Source of the DNA: Octopus sinensis
Taxonomy: Eukaryota
NCBI RefSeq assembly: GCF_006345805.1
Contig: NW_021834358.1
Coordinates: 1 to 50,742 of the forward strand
Direction of reading: 5' to 3'
DNA length: 50,742 nucleotides
Under the pieces are notes generated by a model that worked only from the letters and a program-made list of their open reading frames with translations, had not been told where the DNA came from and searched no databases. Shown piece by piece: positions 12,131 to 24,225 of the stretch. The translations under genes and the position numbers were made by a program. Position 1 is the first letter of the stretch. Each line of letters opens with the position of its first letter.

Positions 12131-12536
12131 AAATGAACACCGCCAACAACATTACTCCGTTTTAACCTATCTCATTCCACCCCAATTAATTCATTCGCCT
12201 TTCTCTGCTCTTTATTGGTAAAGTAAAGAATCGGAAAGGCGAAAACTTTTCATTCCTTCTTCATGTCTTTTAAACTTTCTGACAATCTACGAACACTCCT
12301 TCGGATAGACGTCGATAACCACAGCTGGCTTGGACGTGAACACGGCTGAATGATTTTGAAGTTTGCTTCGCTGCTTCCTTATCGTTTGGCTCTACGTTCG
12401 CTCCCTCTGCGTGATATATGGAGCGGAATTTTGTCTGTTACCAGAGGTTTGGATCATTGCAAGCTACCTAAGGCAAACTGGGCAGAGGTAAAGATGCAAG
12501 CAGCTATGCCCCGAAAACGCGGAGGACTGGAGGCCT

Positions 12537-12688
12537 CATCACCATCCTCATCCTCATCACAATCATCGCCATCATTATCACCATCATCATCATCATCATC
12601 CTCATCATCACCATCATCACCATCATCATCATCATCATCATCATCATCACCACCACCATCATCTTCAACCTCCTCATCATCATCATTA
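12537..12688. repeat. (ATC)n/(ACC) trinucleotide microsatellite
   Basis: Direct reading; explains the poly-S, poly-D and poly-M ORFs. Confidence 0.95.
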
Positions 12689-12897
12689 TTCGACAAGTAG
12701 TTCAGTTTACTGAATGCTCGTCGTAGTAACCGACCGAGGATCGAAATTCGTTACAGCCATTCATGAATCTTCTACTTATTTTTTAAAAAAATAACATTTT
12801 CAGTTATTTGTTCTGCAAGTGGCATGCAAGTGGTGGGGGGTCGGAGTGTATATGCGTGGTTGGTGTTGCTACAGCTGTTGTTATTATTGATGTTAAA

Positions 12898-13268
12898 TAA
12901 GGCGGCGAGCTGGCAGAATCGTTAGCACGCCGGACGAAATGCGTAGCCGTATGTTCTGAGTTCAATTTCCGTCGAGGTCGACTTTGCCTTTCATCCTTTC
13001 AGGGTCGATTAAATAAGTGCTAGTTACGCACTGGGGTCGATATAATCGACTTAATCCGTGTGTCTGTTCTTGTTTGTCCCTTCTGTGTTTAGCCCCTTGT
13101 GGGTAGTAAAGAAATAGGTATTTCGCCCGTCGCTACGTTCTGAGTTCAAATTCCGCCGAGGTCGACTTTACCTTTTTATCCTTTCTGGGTCGATCAAATA
13201 AGTACCAGTTGAACACTGGGGTCGATCTCCTCCCATAAAATGCTCCCTTTGTGGCAAATTTTGAAGCC
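12898..13268 (+). mobile_element. SINE family 1 dimer (head + core-tailB + core-tailA)
   Basis: Junction GAAATAG|GTATTTCG at 13117/13118. Confidence 0.9.
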
Positions 13269-13287
13269 ATTATTATTGATGTCAAAT

Positions 13288-13392
13288 AAGGCGGCGAGCT
13301 GGCAGAATCGTTAGCACGCCGTACGAAATGCTAAGCGGCATTTCAGTTTAATCCTCTCCGGCAAACTGCCCTTGTGTCAAAAATTTTGGAAT
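13288..13392 (+). mobile_element. SINE family 1, internally deleted
   Basis: Head joined directly to the end of tail A. Confidence 0.8.
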
Positions 13393-13796
13393 CATTATTA
13401 TTGATGTTAAAAATATGGTGGCTATGGAGGTGCCATTGGTTGTGGTGATTTTAGTAGCTGTGGTGGCTAGTTAGAGTTTCAGCTTTGTCAACGCTGTAAA
13501 TAGGGACTGTTGGACTTAGTGGGGTATCCGAGTTCGGATTCTGTTGAAATTAACTTTCATCCTTTCACCCTATTGGGATCAACACATAGAACCTCTTTTT
13601 GTTCCCAATCCTTTCAGTACTTATTCTGTCAATTTTTTCAGGTGCCCGCTAAGATACTTGGACATAAATAAACCAACAGCGATTGTCACATATATATATA
13701 TATATGTGTGTGTGTGAGTGTGTATCGATTCTGTGTGTGTGTGTGTGTGCGTATTTATTGTGTGTGCGTTTGTGTATGTGTTTACACCCATATATA

Positions 13797-13837
<41 letters not shown>

Positions 13838-14107
13838 TTATATAAATACATATATATACATACACACGCACACATATATACATGTATATGTAGACGTACA
13901 TAGATAGATAGATATACATACACGAAAATACACACTATATGTATAGTGTTATATATATATATATAATATATATATAATAAGGGTGAAAAGTTGAATATCA
14001 ATTTGATTAATAATCAATTTAAAACCAGTGGTTTAGCATATAGAAATCTGAAGATTCAGAAAAATTATATTACATACATATACATACATACATATATATA
14101 TATATAT

Positions 14108-14456
14108 GCTGGTGGTGCCAAGGATTCAACATCACCATCAAAATACAGGTCCAGATACTGCAACAGCTTGGGTTTCAGAGGACCACAGCTTTTTCACATC
14201 CTCCCTAAATGCCTGAGAGACTTACATGGTGTGGATGTGGGTTTCTTTAAAACTAACTGGATCTCTTCTTGTTGGAAGTCCCAGATAACCTACCTCACGA
14301 CAGGAGACGCGGATGCGGGCAGCAGCATCGAACTCCCTTGTTGATCAAGTGCCACGTATCAGAGGTGGATTCACAACTAGTGTGGCTCATTCAGCGGTTG
14401 GGCCCCAGCATGGCCGCGGCCTTCGGGCTAAAACATTTTAGGATTTAAGGATTTAA
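14108..14456 (+). mobile_element. CR1-group LINE 3' end (ORF2 C-terminus, 3' UTR, (GGATTTAA)n tail)
   Basis: RYCNSLGFRGPQLFHILPKCLRDLHGVDVGFFK, then after frameshifts LDLFLLEVPD and RAAASNSLVDQ, matching CR1-like NSF..RGP.LFN.LP..FK..LD.FL..VPD..RAA.SNSL.DQ. Confidence 0.85.
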
Positions 14457-14799
14457 TATATCTATATACATACATTATATATATATATAATATATAGGAG
14501 AGAGAGAGAGAAAGACACGAGCGTATCAGTCAAGAGAGATGGTAAGAGAGAGACAGAGAGAGCAGACGGGATGTACTAGTCTAAGAAGTGAGATCAATGC
14601 CATAACCTAAGCGTAAAGCCCTAAAGGGCGTTGCCCCCAACATGACCGTTTTACAAAGGCTGCTGACACCAGTAAAGGTGGAAAGTAAATGCATCAATAA
14701 ATGCATAAACGGAATTAAATAACAAAAAAATTCTCGTACAACCATATATACACTCTCTCACAAAGTTCAACAACCCCTGCGTGTACGATACATACCTAT

Positions 14800-14815
14800 G
14801 TGTGTATGTATATAT

Positions 14816-14867
<52 letters not shown>

Positions 14868-14874
14868 GGTACAC

Positions 14875-14914
<40 letters not shown>

Positions 14915-15265
14915 ATGTATGTGTGTGTATATGTGTGTGTATGTGTATATATGTGTATATAGGGACTAGTGTGCTGTGTGTGCATATGTGTGTGTGGATA
15001 TGTGTGTGTATGCGTGTATGTGAGTATGTGTGTGTATGTGTATATATATTTTTTGTGTGTATATGTAAGTGTGGTCGTGTGTTGTATATATACATGTGTG
15101 TATACGTGTATGCATGTGAGTGTGTGTATGTATACATATATGGTATGTGTAGATATGTATATGTATGTGTAAGTGTATATATATGTATTATGTGTGTGTG
15201 TACGTATGTGTGTATGTATATGTATATATGTTTGTATGTGTGTGTATATATGTATACATATGTGC
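14800..15265. repeat. Degenerate (TA)/(TG) microsatellite field
   Basis: Direct reading. Confidence 0.95.
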
Positions 15266-15948
15266 ATAGGTATAAGTGAGAATCTCCTTATTTACCTAAA
15301 ACTCTATTCCCTTTTTTATATATATTTTTATATATTTTTATATATTTTTTTATTTTTTTATTTATTCTTCTATCTAATTTAACACTGACTCCTTGACCAC
15401 TCCCCCAAGTATGATATTTTGCGCTATGCCTACCCCCAAAAAGTCCCCCACCAACACCCTTTAAACCTGCTAAATGTATAAATGCCAATACAATTCTTGT
15501 TTAACTAGCTTCCTGAAGATTTCTCTTGAATGAAACAGTTCTAGTCCTGTAGGAGCTCCTTCTATATAATAAATAAAATATATATATATATATATATATA
15601 TGGCAGTGTGTGCAATGTGCGTGTGTACGCTTGTTTCTTTGTCTGTCTGCAAGCGTGTGTCTTTATTCCTTCTATCATGGTTTTGTGTAATGATTTCTCT
15701 ATAATACTCACGTCAGCAAGGAATACAGTAAAGCGTTTGATATAGGCTCCGTCTATAGAAATGCATTATCTTCGTCGTTTCTTTATAATCTTACATTAAT
15801 GAGGCAATGACTTAGAAACCACTCTGGGTCACTATGAGATGTACTCGTATACAAACACAGACGTACGGATAATTGTGTTGATGTTTGCATAAATGCATAT
15901 AAAGTAGGGATTGCTGATATACCCGAATGATCTACGTATATATATATA

Positions 15949-16015
<67 letters not shown>

Positions 16016-16309
16016 TATATAAAGATATATACAGATACTTGTGTGTGTGTCTGAGAGTATGACTTTGAAGGCGTTGTCCTAGAATGGCCGCAGCCCAATG
16101 AATGCTGACCCTACGAAAAGATTAAAGTAATAAAAGAATAACGTGAATGAGAAATATACTCGTACACACTCACACACACACTCACACACACACTCACACA
16201 CATTCACACACACACTCTCACACACACACACGCGCATAAATACCATAATATTCACTGAGAAAGTTCAGTAACCTTCTTCATGTCTATTGATGAGTGTATA
16301 TGTGCACGC

Positions 16310-16421
16310 GTATTATATATATATATATACATATCTATGCGTGGGGGTATGTGTGTGTGTATGAATACATACGCATTGTGCTGTTCGTGTACAAACGAGC
16401 GTGCACATATTGGCATATATA

Positions 16422-16457
<36 letters not shown>

Positions 16458-16633
16458 TTATGTATATGTATAAATATACATATACATATATACATATATA
16501 TGTATAATATATATGTAGATATATATATATGTACATATATATGTAATATATATAAATATATGTACATACATATATATGTGTGTGCATATATACACATATA
16601 TGTACAGAGTTATAATTGATATAAGTATATATA

Positions 16634-16675
<42 letters not shown>

Positions 16676-17008
16676 CGCACATATATGTACGTATGTATCA
16701 ATATCTATGTATATTTATATGAATATATATATATGTATATATGTATATGTGTATATATACACACCGGCAAATATATATGTATATATATTCATACAAATTT
16801 ATGTATGCTTATAGTCCTACGTCATTGCAATGTAATTGTGTGTGCCTATGCATGTGTGCGTATATATATGTGCGTGTGTGTGTGTCTATGTGCGTGTGTG
16901 TGTCTTTGTGTTTGTGGGCCTCTGTGTGTGTGTGTGTGTGTGTACAAATATGCATACGTATAGCATACGTATTTGCGTGTGATTATGTATATAACTTTAT
17001 GTGTGGTG

Positions 17009-17068
<60 letters not shown>

Positions 17069-17135
17069 GTGTGTTTGTATACGTGTGTGTGTGTATACGT
17101 GTGTGTGTGTATGTTCGTGCGTGTGTGTGTGTCAT
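16310..17135. repeat. Degenerate (TA)/(TG) microsatellite field
   Basis: Direct reading. Confidence 0.95.
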
Positions 17136-17368
17136 TACAGGAACATTTCCATTTCATCTCTTCTAACGTCATTATCGCGATACACCTAAACATGTTTTTG
17201 AATTCACATAACCTCGTTAGCGCAGCCATTATCTTAATTCCTATCAACCAAACTACTGATCGTTGCTGTTAAAGGAAACAGTAATATGTGTGTATATGTA
17301 TGTGTCTATATACCTGTGTGTGCCTGTGTGTATACATACATCGATGTACGTATATACGTGCATATATA

Positions 17369-17413
<45 letters not shown>

Positions 17414-17544
17414 GTTATATACGTAGATAAATATCTAAAGCTATATATATATAGGGAGAGTTTACGAAAAAAATAACAAAAGACGACGACAGGTGGTGCA
17501 CAAAACAAACAGATGTATTAGTATAACGCTCAGGAATAGAAAAA

Positions 17545-17586
17545 GTCTTTTACGTTTCGAGCCTACGCTCTTCTACAGAAAGGGAC
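17545..17586 (-). ncRNA. Minimal type I hammerhead-like motif with variant core CUGUAGA
   Basis: Minus strand reads GTCCCTTT-CTGTAGA-A-GAGC(GTAG)GCTC-GAAA-CGTA-AAAGAC: 4-bp stem II, palindromic ACGT stem III, GUA triplet, stem I of 3+3 bp with a CC bulge; A6 replaced by U. Confidence 0.65.
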
Positions 17587-18310
17587 ACAGAAAACAAGGA
17601 GAGAAAAGATGTGTGTGTTGGGTTATATATATAGCTTTAGATATTTAGGAGAGGAAAGGTGGGAAGAAAGACAGATACGTGTATACTTGAGTTTGCGTAA
17701 GCATATAAATGTCTATATAAATATATAACCAATGTCACTAATTAATTTAAGAACTTTGTATTGTATTGTTGGAAAGCATATATGGTCTGCTTGGAATCTT
17801 GCTTCAAGTTCCTGGAGCTCACATCTATAACTTTATAAGTATATTTGCACTCTCTAAGATGTTTGGAAAACCTATATGAGATTTAGCTGAAGATTACTTA
17901 ACATTATATTTGCTGTAATATTTGCAGCTTTAATAAATTGTTATAGTATGAAACAATTGTACAAAAACTACCGATCCATTCTTGTTGCTTATTTTTTGGA
18001 TATAATCACCCCATATAATTTTATGGGTAATACCATAAAAAAATTCTGGTGCATCTAAGTTAAGTACCATATTCATTTGAATCTAAATTATATAAATATA
18101 TATATATATATACCTACACATATATGAATATATGCGGGCGATGCAATATTTAGACGCAGGCGTGGCTGTGTAGCAAGAAGCTTGCTTCCCCAACACATGT
18201 TCCAGGAACACATTCTGGATTCTCAGAACCTACCAGTCGAGTCTATTGGCTAATTTTCTATACGCTAGACCAATAGTAGTAAAAATTTCTAAAATCTTAT
18301 TTCCCTAATA

Positions 18311-18748
<438 letters not shown>

Positions 18749-18974
18749 TATCTGTTAATATGAGGTCCCTGACTCAACTCGTAGATAGTGTGTGGGATTA
18801 TTTTGGTTGTTTCTAATCTTACGTAATGCTCTCCGTCTTTGCTACAATCCATCATGTTCCAACTTGAACATGCTGTATCGTAGCAATCCATCCATCATGC
18901 CCGCTTCTGCTTGACCTGCTGTGAAGCGGTGGAGAGGCCAAAACAAGCACGAAGTCACACACACACACATGTAT

Positions 18975-19177
18975 GCGCCGGAATGGCTGTGTGGTAACAT
19001 GCTTGTCTCCCAACCACATGGTTCTGGGTTCATTCCCACTACGTCTCGCCCTCGGCGAGTGCTTTCTACTATAGCCTCCGGCCGACCAAGGCCTTGTGAG
19101 TGAATTTCTTAGATGGAAACTGAAAGAATCCCCTCGTGTATGTTTATGTGTGTGTTTGTGTGTGTGTGAGTGTGTGT

Positions 19178-19223
<46 letters not shown>

Positions 19224-19460
19224 TCTGTGTGTGTGTCTGTCTGTGTCTGTGTCTGTGTATTTGTGAGACTGTGTTTGTCCCCACATCATTGGGTGATATC
19301 CATTGTTAGTGTGCTTACGTCTCCTAACCTAGCCGTTCCGCATAAGACAACGATAGAATAAGTACTAGGCTTACAAAAAATAAGTCCTGGGGTCGATTTG
19401 TTCGGCTAATGGCATTGCACCAGCATGGCCATAGTAAAATGACTGAAACAAGTAAGAGAT
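18975..19460 (+). mobile_element. SINE family 2, near full length
   Basis: Head TGGCTGTGTGG..GGGTTCATTCC, internal (TG)n, family-2 tail. A short head-only fragment also lies at 18153-18205. Confidence 0.88.
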
Positions 19461-19485
19461 TAAAATAATGTATACATATATATGT

Positions 19486-19591
19486 GGAGGCACATGGCCT
19501 AGTGGCTAGGGCAGCGGACTCGCAGTCGAGGGATCACGGATTCGAATCTCAGACCAGGTGAAGTGTGTGTTTATGAGCGAAACACCTAAGT
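19486..19591 (+). mobile_element. SINE family 3, 5' head only
   Basis: TGGCCTAGTGG A-box and GGATTCGAATC B-box; nearly identical to 34658-34765. Confidence 0.85.
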
Positions 19592-20029
19592 TTGAGCTTT
19601 TTAAATATGCGGAAAGTAATTGTAAGTCAAACAGATGAAGATGATCTGTTTAATGGAGAAACTGTTCGGCGATGAACTACCGAAAAACGATGATTATTAG
19701 AAGTAAGAATCGATACTTCATAGGAATTTGAGAGGGAAATCACTGGAAACTTACAACAATAATCACAAAAAGAAACAAAAGCAATGCTAGAGGTAATAAA
19801 GATAAGAATAACTGAAAGAAGATGAAATTAAACAGAAGACGGAGGACAGAGAAGACTCGAAAAAGAAAGAAGACCTAGAAATCAAAGACTGCAAATTATA
19901 AAAAGAAAATAGGGTAATTGCTAGAAATAGATATCCTGTAGTTATTGATGAACGAAGTTAAGAAAATCGTATCAACAAAAGACAAAGAAATGCAAATGTT
20001 ATTTCAAGTAGATCATAAGAATCGTTTCT

Positions 20030-20630
20030 AATCACAGCACAAGGCCAGCATGTTTGATGGGAGATGGTTAGTAATTTCATCGACTCCTGAAAGAGTGAAA
20101 AGCAACTTTGATCTCGGCGGAATTTCAACTCGGAACATAAACAGTTTATTATTATAGCCGACCATGTTGCTTTTCAATAAAATAAATTCGCGGTGTGATT
20201 TTGTGCAGATCTTTAAGATGGTGAGTCAGAAGAGTCGTTAGCGCATCAGGCTAAACCCTTAGTGGCATTTCTCCAAGATCTTTAAGTTCTGAGTTTCAAA
20301 TTCTGTCATGGTTGAGTTTACATTTCATTCTTTGGTCGTCTATAAAGTCCCAGTTAACCGCTGAGGTCGATGTTATCGGCTACCCTTACCTGTAAGATTT
20401 GCCTTGTGCCAAAAACTCGAAACAAAGACGGTCTGTTGGCAGAATCGTGGGTGCGTTGAACAAAATGCTTAGTGAGATATATTTCAGCTTTACATTATGG
20501 GTTCAAATTCCGCTGAAGCCAATTCTGCTTTCCATCCTTTCGAGGTCGATAAATACCAGCTAAGAAATAGAGTCGATGTAATTGACTCACCCCTCTCCTC
20601 AAAAACTGCTGTCCTCGTGCCAAATTTTGA
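20030..20630. mobile_element. Cluster of three decayed SINE family 1 copies (20030-20150 minus; 20215-20420 and 20435-20630 plus)
   Basis: Recognisable B-box and core segments. Confidence 0.75.
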
Positions 20631-21234
20631 AACTATCTTTATGTTGGCCTTTAAATATTGTTTACTAATCTTGAAGCGGCATTTCTTTTTCATCAGAGTT
20701 TCTCTTTGCATTTAAAATCAATAATCGCTGTCGCAAAATTGAAGCAATACTGCTTAACCAAAAAGAAACATTACCATATTTTTGTAATTTACTCAACAAC
20801 CGAAAGAAGTCTAATTACTAAAAAAAAACTTCAAAGATTACAGAAGATCAAACAATTCTGTATTTACCATCGTTTCACTTGGAATTTATATATCAAATGC
20901 CCCAGGATATGGGTCGTTATTGTTTTCCATTTCATGGCCAAATCTATCTTCGCACCACCAAGAAGCACTCTATTGAAGGTGGCTCTCATCAGTTTGTCCA
21001 ACTTTACATAAAATGATTCGAAAATGGTCAATGAAATTAAATTATATATCGTTATATTTATGTGCATAGTGAAGAGAGAAACACGAATTGATGACTCGCA
21101 TATTTATTCTTAATACATTCCAGCAGATTCGAATGCAAATGTGCTAATCGTTGTTGTGTATGTCACAAGTGAACAGCTTCTTCTTTACACGACAACTATG
21201 TGTTCATAACACACTCGGCTTATTGTCGAAAAGT

Positions 21235-21280
21235 ATTGTGGAACACCGGTGTTTCGACATGTTGAGTCTCATCAGCAAGA
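21235..21280 (-). ncRNA. Minimal hammerhead ribozyme motif with palindromic stem III
   Basis: Minus strand reads CTGATGA-GAC(TCAACAT)GTC-GAAA-CACCGGTG-TT: intact core, G-C closed stem II, AACACCGGTGTT palindrome (21242-21253), GUU triplet; stem I is weak. Confidence 0.65.
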
Positions 21281-21728
21281 AGAACAAGAAAAAAGAAACT
21301 AAGAAATAGCTTATATTTTCGATTACCTTCTTGTTTGCTCATTTTTGCTGCTATCTGTCAACTAATAATAACTCGTTATAAGCTCAGCAAACAGCGAGAT
21401 CGGAAAAGATGGCCTGCATATTTATTCTATAAACGTTCTGACTGATTCGAACGCAAATATGCTAATTGCTGCTTGCTGGATTAGGGATTCGAAATTGTTG
21501 TCTGATATAGACACAAGTTCAGTAATTTGTCAGCTGGAAAGATTATTAAATACCATCGACTTTAGTACTTCATTGGTACTTTATTTTATCGACACACAAA
21601 TGCATGGAACACAAAACTGGCCTTGGTGGGATTTGAGTGTGGAATTTAAAGAGAGAGAGATAATTAAGATAAAGCTTAATTTTCTGTCACTCAAAAGATT
21701 TTCTGTTCTCTGTCTTTAAAAAGTAGAC

Positions 21729-21801
21729 TAACAGAGTGAGATTCGAACTTACGAACACTAGTTTACAAGACCAGTGCTCTAAACCTCCGAGCTATTGAGC
21801 C
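21729..21801 (-). pseudogene. tRNA-Thr(TGT)-like pseudogene
   Basis: GGCTCAATAGCTCGGAGGTTTAGAGCACTGGTCTTGTAAACTAG..GTTCGAATC closely follows eukaryotic tRNA-Thr; the 3' acceptor strand is lost; T5 run just downstream. Confidence 0.75.
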
Positions 21802-22060
21802 GTTCGCAGAGAATCAAATTAATGGATTTTAATCTTGGTACAATGCCAGCAGTTTTGAGTGGTTGCATTAGTAAATGCCATCGACCCTACCATTTGACAG
21901 GGTCTTTACCTTATGGACCCTGAAGGAATAAAACAAAGTTGATCTCCGTTGAATTTGAACTAAGAATTCAAAGAGCCGGAGCAAATACTACAAATCATCC
22001 TTTCCGAAGCTTCAAGATTTTTTCCAGCTTGTCGCCTTTAAAATGTAAACTCATAGGTTC

Positions 22061-22133
22061 GGCTCCAAGTGGGATTTGAACGCACAAGCTCTGGTGACGA
22101 AATCAGTGTTTTAAACACCCGACTTATTAAGGT
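22061..22133 (-). pseudogene. tRNA-Thr(CGT)-like pseudogene
   Basis: CACTGATTTCGTCACCAG anticodon arm, GTTCAAATCC T-loop and TGGAGCC 3' acceptor strand; 5' half decayed. Confidence 0.6.
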
Positions 22134-22248
22134 GATTGCAAGGAATCAAAATAAAGAATTTTTATTGATATAATACCAACAATTTTCGGGGGGGGGCGGA
22201 TTTGGCGATACCATCGACCCCACTACATGACTGGCACTTTATTTTTTC

Positions 22249-22652
22249 CTTTACTACTCTTGGAACAAGGCTCGAAACTTTTGGTCAGGGAACCAGTCGA
22301 TTATATCGACCCAGTGCATAACTGGTACTTATTTAATCGACCTCGAAAGGATGAAAGGTAAAGTCGACCTCGGCGGAATTTGAACTCAGAACGTAGCGGC
22401 AGACGAAATACCTATTTCTATTTCTTTACAACCCACAAGGGGCCAAACACAAAGGGGACAAACAAGGACAGACACACGGATTAAGTCGATTACATCGACC
22501 CCAGTGCGTAACTGGTACTTATTTAATCGACCCCCGAAAGGATGAAAGGCAAAGTCAACCTCGGCGGAATTTGAACTCAGAACATAGCAGCAGACGAAAT
22601 ACCGCTAAGCATTTCGCCCGGCGTCCTAACGTTTCTGCCAGCTCGCTGCCTT
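22249..22652 (-). mobile_element. SINE family 1 dimer nested in an older SINE
   Basis: Junction at 22411/22412; TATTTTTTC at 22240-22248 and 22657-22665; the host SINE continues on both sides. Confidence 0.9.
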
Positions 22653-22822
22653 AATATATTTTTTCGACCCTGAAACGCAAAAAACAAAAGATAAATAAAG
22701 CTGTTCTCGGTGGGATTTGAACTCAGAATTTCAATTTAAAGAATGGAATAAATACTGTAAAGCATTTGTGCTTTTAAGATTATTCGAGGTTGCTACCTTG
22801 AAAAAGTTGGTTAGTAGATGCT

Positions 22823-22896
22823 GCCTCAGATGAGATTAGAACTCAAAACGCTTAGTTTGCGAGATCTGTGCTTTGAACTTTCGAGCTATTAGAGCA
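22823..22896 (-). pseudogene. Third, more decayed tRNA-Thr-like copy
   Basis: CTCTAATAGCTCG..AGCACAGATCTCGCAAACTA..GAGTTCTAATCTC aligns with the 21729-21801 copy; T5 run downstream. Confidence 0.6.
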
Positions 22897-23472
22897 CTCG
22901 CAAAGAATGAGAAAACGTAAAGGTTCATTTCTCAAATTATGGCAACTACAGAACAGGTAACCAAAGCATGATTCAAGCTTTCGCTTAAAGGACAGTTAGA
23001 ACTGAAGGAGATCGAAACGCTTCAAAATATAATATTCCAACGGCAGTTGTCCCTATAGCACTTACAGAAGAAGAAGAAATGGTAAGTGAGACTGTAGGGA
23101 AAACCCCTTTTAGGACTGCTGAAACTGAAATTGCTTTCAGCGTCAGTATCCCTAGAAATCATTGCTACTTCATCCACAACAAGGATGTTATAACATCTTT
23201 AGTTAAGTCACAATTTATGTCTCTTTCCCGCGGAATACTATAATGACAACAGCCGTGGTAATTGTGGAATATTACATTCTGATGCTTTTCTGACCCTTTA
23301 GAATTAGCCTCTAACATTTTGTACGTGAACGTTCAAACGTTGTTTGCTATGAGGAACTGATTTAAAGTGGTCGTAATTTGATGAAATACATTTTCATTCT
23401 TCCTATTATATAATTTAATATCAGTGGCCGTTTTCGAATCAACGGTGTAATGTCATATATATATATATATAT

Positions 23473-23504
<32 letters not shown>

Positions 23505-23852
23505 GGAGCGAGAGAGAAAGAGAGAGATACTGTTTAAGAATCCATACGTTAGAAAACATGTACATGTGTATATTTGTGACTAGAACGGGTATGTTAATTG
23601 CAGTATGGCCGATCTTATCAATCGATTTCACATTATGGGCTCTACGGGATGTTAGATAACAATCCTATTATGTAACTCTGCGCTCTTCAGATTAGGCAGT
23701 TGTGTAAGAAAATATTGTGACTGCCCTCTATTGATTCAGCAACAGAGAGCAGCCGACTATATTCTGTTGCATCTGATTAATGTTAATAAAAAATATATAG
23801 ACATAAATATAGATGTTGATATATAGATGCATAGATTGATATAGATATACAA

Positions 23853-23998
23853 GCATGGCTGGTGGTTAAGAAGTTCGATTTTCAGCCACGTGGCTTAGTC
23901 CCACTGCATAACACCTTGGGCAAGTGTCTTCTACTACAGCACCGGGCTCACCAAAGCGTAGTGAGTGAGGTGGAAACTGTGTAAAATCCGGTCGTATA
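23853..23998 (+). mobile_element. SINE family 2, 5' half, decayed
   Basis: CACCTTGGGCAAGTGTCTTCTACTA domain. Confidence 0.75.
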
Positions 23999-23999
23999 C

Positions 24000-24015
24000 A
24001 CACACACCCACACAC

Positions 24016-24076
<61 letters not shown>

Positions 24077-24132
24077 TACTATAACCAAGTGTCAAAGCCC
24101 GTTATAGACACAAAAAGTGCATTCTATGTACC

Positions 24133-24224
<92 letters not shown>

Positions 24225-24225
24225 T
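24000..24225. repeat. (TA)n and (GATA)n microsatellites
   Basis: Direct reading. Confidence 0.95.

Noticed and set aside
12898-13392. CRISPR-like or tRNA-gene interpretation of regularly repeated SINE cores
   Set aside because: The units are about 184 bp with A/B boxes and TSDs; there are no unique spacers, no cas genes and no cloverleaf.
20658-21067. Overlapping ORFs on both strands
   Set aside because: Several short frames, none with a recognisable motif or a convincing acceptor-donor pair.
23711-23782. pre-miRNA-like hairpin
   Set aside because: Only about 15 bp of stem with a 16-nt loop, too short for Drosha/Dicer geometry.
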